DNA from: Myxococcota bacterium
GTDB taxonomy: Bacteria > Myxococcota_A > SURF-8
Assembly: GCA_965140415.1 (NCBI GenBank)
Contig: OZ223209.1
Location: forward strand, 4,231,928 to 4,295,927
Reading direction: 5' to 3'
DNA length: 64,000 nucleotides
Below the pieces are notes generated by a model. That model searched no databases. It was not told the DNA's origin and saw only the letters and a list, made by a program, of their open reading frames with translations. The stretch's first letter is position 1; each line of letters begins with the position of its first letter. This document shows positions 59,440 through 64,000 of the stretch, one piece after another. Both the position numbers and the translations under genes were made by a program.

Positions 59440-59542
59440 GGTCGATTACCCGAGAAAACGGGCGACCCGGTCCAATCGACCGGGTGATGCCCACTATAAA
59501 GGTGAACTGTTCACCGAACCTACACGGTCAAATACAAACGAC

Positions 59543-60052
59543 TTACTCGTCCAGGCACTGCGTGTTTTCGGTTCGCTGGTCGTAAGGCAAGAATTCGTAT
59601 TCCGGGTACAGTTCCAAAATTCGATTATACAGATCTTCCGGGATCGGCTGGACGCCTTCCGGCGGACAGGGGCCTTGGTGATTCGGCATATTGATGGCGA
59701 TGGTACGCTGCTGATCGGTGACGACCTCTTCTTCAATCCTGCTGGCAACCGGCAGGCAATTTTCCGGGCTGCACTCCGGATCATTCCAGGCCAATACCAT
59801 CAGCACGTTGTCCAGACCGGGCACGACCTCAAGTTCGGCGCTCTGTTCGCCGATATCGATATGACCGAATTCCACACCCATATAATTGACGTGGCACATG
59901 GTCCACGGCGGATTGTATTCCATTTCCGGGTTATCGAAATCGTTGTGAATGGTCACATGGGCCACTTCCCCATCACTGTCATCATCGCAGGCGACAACAA
60001 GAACAAGGAGACTAACGAGCACTAAGAGCTGAAGCGGTAGCCATTTGTTCAT
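59543..60052 (-). CDS. Small Cys-containing lipoprotein, function unknown
   Basis: Start trimmed to ATG 60052 (MNKWLPLQLLVLVSLLVLVVAC), which has a GGAGG ribosome-binding site. Lipobox VVAC. Acidic and Cys-containing. Confidence 0.5.
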   Translation of the reverse strand: MNKWLPLQLLVLVSLLVLVVACDDDSDGEVAHVTIHNDFDNPEMEYNPPWTMCHVNYMGVEFGHIDIGEQSAELEVVPGLDNVLMVLAWNDPECSPENCLPVASRIEEEVVTDQQRTIAINMPNHQGPCPPEGVQPIPEDLYNRILELYPEYEFLPYDQRTENTQCLDE

Positions 60053-60269
60053 CGAATTCCTCCATTTAGCGGGTTTCAAAATTCTCCGATAAAAAGCGGT
60101 AGCACGTTCATAGATTTCGTATGCCACGAATTTCGTACCATGTCAACAGGAAATGCTTAAGATTAAAATCGGGGATGAGTAGGAATTCTGGGATTGAGGG
60201 AACTAAGAGGATCGATTCTAAACGAAATGGGTCCGGTAACTCGTTTACAGAGTCCCGGACCCATGTGAC

Positions 60270-60608
60270 TTGCGGATGCGACTCCCCGAACTTGACCTGC
60301 ATAGCTTAAGACACGTCTGCGGTTCGAACCTGATGATGAATGGAGGTGTAGCTCTTGCTCAGGCTGTCTTGGGTCATACGGATATTCAGACCACGGTGGA
60401 CACTTACGGACACCTGAGTTCGATCTACCTTTCGAACCAGTGTGACCTCGCCGCGATCTCTGAAAAACGGTTGGAGAAATTCGTGGAAAAGGTCCGTGAA
60501 TTGAGGGGACATTCTGACCCTAAAATCCGGTCGTTTGCCAAAGAGTCTCTGCATTTTTGTCAATATTTGTCAACGACACAAAAAAACGGGCACCTAGAAA
60601 ATCTCTAA
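60270..60608 (+). pseudogene. Tyrosine recombinase (phage-type integrase) C-terminal fragment, N-terminally truncated remnant
   Basis: LHSLRHVCGSNLMMNGGVALAQAVLGHTDIQTTVDTYGHL matches the integrase box II (R...HxxR...Y) catalytic tail. No upstream in-frame N-terminal domains are present. Confidence 0.65.
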
Positions 60609-60621
60609 GTGCCCGGAATTA

Positions 60622-60665
60622 CTGGTCGGCGTGAGAGGATTTGAACCTCCGACTTCTTGGTCCCG
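60622..60665 (-). other. tRNA 3'-end-like fragment (T-arm plus acceptor 3' strand plus CCA), a probable att-site remnant
   Basis: The minus strand reads ...gtcggaggttcaaatcctctcacgccgacca, i.e. GGTTCAAATCC T-loop plus acceptor plus ACCA. No complementary 5' acceptor strand or D-arm was found upstream, so this is not an intact tRNA. Confidence 0.45.
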
Positions 60666-61160
60666 AACCTATAAACCCAGGTATTCTATGCCTCTTAGGG
60701 GCGGTATGAGGAAGGGTATAATCCTTGTAAATACAGAGGCTTGTTTTATCTTTCATCATTTGCCGAGGGCTTCCTCGTATTGCCCTAAATTGCTCTTTTT
60801 ACCGTCCAATCGTGTCAAATCGTGTCAATTTTTGCTTTTCCATCCCTTTCTCGTCCGTTCGTAGGGCTATCGACGCCCAAGGGGCCCCCTGAAAGTGAAC
60901 CCCAGTGGTCGCCCTCAAAGAGGCGGAAAAATATTGATCCACCCAGTCGACGAGGATGTGAGGATTTTTTTGGGGGGAAATTTTCGCCATCTGCCCGGTA
61001 AGATCGAGGTGATGCCAGTGGATCGGAGATTGTGCAATGGGGGCTGGTTTGTGCAAAAGTGAAACGATATGGACTTTCAGCTGGGTACATTTTGGGGCCA
61101 TTTTTGGCGTAACTCCAAGCGCCTGTAAGGTTACCCAACGGCACGGTTTCAACGAAAACA

Positions 61161-64000
61161 TCAAGCCGAGAAATACGGCGATTCCGCCGTCGGATAGGCG
61201 CGAAAAACATGGCGGAAAACCTCCTCGGTCTTGGTTTCGACATCATCCTCAGAGTACCAATCCGCCGGAAGGCCGGTTTGGTCGCTGTATAGGAAGTTCC
61301 CTATCAAGGATTTCACCGCGTCCCGTGTGTTCTCACGTTCGCGCCAGTGTTCGATCTTGAGCTTTTCCGCCTTCAGCGTCTGGAGCAGCTCCACCGCCAC
61401 CTGCTTGATGGTTTTGATTCCCTTGGCGTCGAGGTCGGGCTTTTTCAGCAAATCGAAGATCGCCAGGCTTTCCTCGTCCAGCCCTTCGCGCATGGCGCGG
61501 GATTCTTCTTCCGTCAGCTCCTCCACCAGCGTTATCAGCGCTGCAAAGGTAGCCTCGATGGTTTGCCGGTCTTTCTCGCTGTTGTAGGACGCGACAACCT
61601 TCTCGTAGTGCTCCTGAAGGTCGGTGCGGAGTGGATTCTGCTGCAACAGGCGTTGGACGCGCTGCTCGATGGCATGTGAAAGATTCTGGACGGTGGTCTT
61701 CTTGGCCTTTACGCGCTCGAATTCGCGCCGTAGAAGGTCGAAGTCGATCTTGCTGATGTCGTAGGGGGCCTGCTCCTTCCCGTTCGTTTCCGGTCGAGTC
61801 TCGATGGCCTCGTCCACCACTTCATGCAGCTGGCGGATGATGTCGCTGATGTCGGCCTGTTCCCGGTCGGCGATCAGGCTTTTGTAGATGACATCGATGG
61901 CTTTCTTTTCGGGACGGATCGCCCGGAAGCCTTCATGCTGATTCATGTGCGAGCAGGCTTTGAACTTCTTGAAGACTTCCCGACAGGCCACCTCGAAGCG
62001 CTTGCGCGTCTCGTCGTTCTCGTTGGCCGCTTCCTTCGCCGCCACGATTGCCGCGTTTTTGGCGAAGCCGGTTTCCTCAATGATCGTCGTCAGCGATGCC
62101 CCCCGCTCCTCCAGAAATGTACGTACAATCGCCACCGCTTCCTTGAGTTCGGCGAGCAGTTCTTCGTCCGGTTTGGTTGGGTTGGTTTCGTCATCACCCT
62201 TACGGCCACCGTCTCCACGCCCGGCGAAGGTGGCCAACGCGCTTCGGAGGTTTTTCAGGATACCGCAGTAATCGACGATCAGACCGTTATTCTTGCCCTC
62301 GTGAACCCGGTTGGCGCGGGCGATGGCCTGCATCAGGGTGTGGGCTTTCAAGGGCTTGTCGAGGTACAGGTTGCTCAGGCTAGGCACATCGAAGCCGGTC
62401 AGCCACATGGCGCAGACGATGACGATCCGGAAGGGATGCTCGGCCTTCTTGAACGCCGATTCCACGTCGATTCGTTCGCCGTCTTCCGTCTCGAAGCCGT
62501 CCTTGATGAGTTTGCGGTGCGGCAGGATGTCCAGATCCCACTTCTTGAACTTCTCGACCTCGCCCTGCTCCTCGCTGATGACCACGGCCATCTTCGTCTC
62601 GCGCATCCAGGTGAGTTTCCGCTTGAGCTGGGTTTCCTCCTGCTCGTCCGGGGCATGATCAATCTCACGCTCCAGGGTTTCAATGCGCCTCTGCCAGTAG
62701 GTGTCGATCAGGTCGTAGAGCCGAACGCAGGTGATCTTGTCGATGCAGACGAACATCGCCTTGCCGGTCTCCCAGGCATTCGAGTAATGCTCTACGAAGT
62801 CTTTGGCCACCTGCTTCAAGCGTTCGCCGGCTGTGATGATGTGATATTCACGCTTGAGTTCCTTCTCCAGCCTCTGCTGGACATTCACGTCATCGGTTTC
62901 CAGCTCTTCCAGCTTCGCAGCCACCCGCTCGTTCAGATCGCCGATGGAAAGTCCCAACTTGTCGCCGCGGGCGTCGTAATATAGCGGCACGGTGGCGCCA
63001 TCGTCCACGGCTCGCTTGAAGTCGTAGGTGGAGATATAGCCGCCGAACACGTCCTTCGTGATCTCGTCCTCACCCTGAATCAAGGGCGTGCCGGTGAAGC
63101 CTATGAAGTTGGCGTTGGGAAGCGCGTCGTGCATGTTGAGGGCCAGTGTACCGCCCTGGGTGCGGTGGGCTTCGTCGGTGATGACGATGATGTCGTCGCG
63201 CAGCGAATAGCCTTCCTCTGGGCTGACTTCCTTATGGAATTTCTGGATCAGCGTGAAGATGGTGGATTTGTTCTCTCCGAGCAGGCGCGCCAGATGCTCG
63301 CCGCTCGATGCGCGGCTGTCTTTCTTGGCCAGGCCGCAACCGGCGAAGGTTTTGTAAATCTGGCTGTCCAGATCCTCACGGTCGGTGCAGATCAGGAAGG
63401 TGAAGTTGCTCCCCAGCCGGCGGTGGATCTTACGGGCGAAGAAAACCATCGAATAGCTCTTGCCGCTGCCCTGCGTATGCCAGAAGACGCCCAGCTTGCC
63501 GCGTCGCTCTTTGCGCTCTTCCACGGCCTTTACGGCGCGATTGACGCCGAGAAACTGGTGGTTGCGCGCCAGGATCTTGACCGGTGCGCCTTCGGGTTCG
63601 TCGAAAATGATGAAGTTTTCGAGGAGGTCGATGAAGTTGCGCTTGTTGCAGATGCCCAAGAGCAAGGTTTCCATGTCCACCACGCCCGATTCGTGCTCCT
63701 CCAGGCGCTTCCATTCGTGGAAGTGGCCGAACTTCGCCGATAGCGTCCCGATCTTGGCCTTGTCGCCGTTGCCGAGCAGGATGATGGCATTGTGGTGGAA
63801 GAGGTGCGGGATCGTGACCCGGTAATCCGCCAGATTGCCGTCGTAGGCGTTGCGGATGTCCTTGTGGATGTTCTTCAGCTCCATGAAGAGCAATGGAAGG
63901 CCGTTGACGAAGCCCACGATGTCGGCGCGCCGATGGTACAGATCGCCCTGCACCCACAATTCACGCACGGCGAGGAAGTGGTTGTTCTCCGGATCGTTGA
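61161..64000 (-). CDS. hsdR: Type I restriction-modification system restriction subunit HsdR. The N-terminus runs off the window end.
   Basis: Walker A motif HTQGSGKSYSM. DEAH box VITDEAHRTQGG. Helicase motif VI region QAIARANR. The long helical C-terminal domain is typical of HsdR. The reading frame stays open to position 64000. Confidence 0.8.
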   Translation of the reverse strand, partial: NDPENNHFLAVRELWVQGDLYHRRADIVGFVNGLPLLFMELKNIHKDIRNAYDGNLADYRVTIPHLFHHNAIILLGNGDKAKIGTLSAKFGHFHEWKRLEEHESGVVDMETLLLGICNKRNFIDLLENFIIFDEPEGAPVKILARNHQFLGVNRAVKAVEERKERRGKLGVFWHTQGSGKSYSMVFFARKIHRRLGSNFTFLICTDREDLDSQIYKTFAGCGLAKKDSRASSGEHLARLLGENKSTIFTLIQKFHKEVSPEEGYSLRDDIIVITDEAHRTQGGTLALNMHDALPNANFIGFTGTPLIQGEDEITKDVFGGYISTYDFKRAVDDGATVPLYYDARGDKLGLSIGDLNERVAAKLEELETDDVNVQQRLEKELKREYHIITAGERLKQVAKDFVEHYSNAWETGKAMFVCIDKITCVRLYDLIDTYWQRRIETLEREIDHAPDEQEETQLKRKLTWMRETKMAVVISEEQGEVEKFKKWDLDILPHRKLIKDGFETEDGERIDVESAFKKAEHPFRIVIVCAMWLTGFDVPSLSNLYLDKPLKAHTLMQAIARANRVHEGKNNGLIVDYCGILKNLRSALATFAGRGDGGRKGDDETNPTKPDEELLAELKEAVAIVRTFLEERGASLTTIIEETGFAKNAAIVAAKEAANENDETRKRFEVACREVFKKFKACSHMNQHEGFRAIRPEKKAIDVIYKSLIADREQADISDIIRQLHEVVDEAIETRPETNGKEQAPYDISKIDFDLLRREFERVKAKKTTVQNLSHAIEQRVQRLLQQNPLRTDLQEHYEKVVASYNSEKDRQTIEATFAALITLVEELTEEESRAMREGLDEESLAIFDLLKKPDLDAKGIKTIKQVAVELLQTLKAEKLKIEHWRERENTRDAVKSLIGNFLYSDQTGLPADWYSEDDVETKTEEVFRHVFRAYPTAESPYFSA

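Noticed and set aside
60622-60700. Intact tRNA gene on the minus strand
   Set aside because: The T-arm, acceptor 3' strand and CCA are present, but no complementary 5' acceptor strand or D-arm exists within 90 nt. It is treated as a 3' fragment (att scar).
60799-61246. 121-aa and 143-aa minus-strand ORFs just downstream of hsdR
   Set aside because: Overlapping alternative frames with poor composition and no ribosome-binding site. No recognisable domain.

Overview
This is a GC-rich bacterial chromosomal segment with dense, mostly non-overlapping genes. Its content (FHA protein, MYXO-CTERM-like sorting tail, many lipoproteins with L-[ST]-A-C lipoboxes, Cys-rich repeat proteins) looks deltaproteobacterial or Myxococcota-like. 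From left to right the window contains:

- A minus-strand operon for short-chain acyl-CoA metabolism: MerR-family regulator, thiolase, 3-hydroxybutyryl-CoA dehydrogenase, crotonase, two acyl-CoA dehydrogenases, and a split B12-dependent acyl-CoA mutase whose small B12-binding subunit runs off the window start.
- An FHA-domain membrane protein, a tryptophanase-family lyase, a DUF3786/CFeSP-like Fe-S protein, a ceramidase-like lipoprotein, a Cys-rich tandem-repeat lipoprotein, and an EEP nuclease.
- A membrane-fused spermidine-synthase-like protein, Lgt, a tandem PilZ protein, and a second beta-oxidation block (FadA/FadB-like).
- A stand-alone protein with two complete radical-SAM modules, convergent with a 757-aa secreted/outer-membrane protein.
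- An NMO/FabK-like oxidoreductase and a 1,000-aa S8 protease with DGD repeats and a MYXO-CTERM-like tail.
- A MATE exporter, an IS4-family insertion with 16-bp perfect inverted repeats, an M19 dipeptidase, and a TPR/O-GlcNAc-transferase-like protein.
- Three tandem 143-bp structured repeats immediately after the TPR/OGT gene.
- Two beta-propeller-like lipoproteins, an orphan flagellar-rod-like mini-protein, and two FmdE-family zinc-ribbon proteins.
- A cluster combining a TonB-dependent receptor, two Cys-containing lipoproteins, an ECF-type transporter (S, T, A components) and an embedded SAM methyltransferase.
- An integrase remnant next to a tRNA 3' fragment, and a partial type I restriction hsdR running off the window end.

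No rRNA, intact tRNA or CRISPR array is present. The most interesting candidates are the tandem radical-SAM enzyme, the receptor/ECF/methyltransferase/FmdE cluster, and the 143-bp repeat array.
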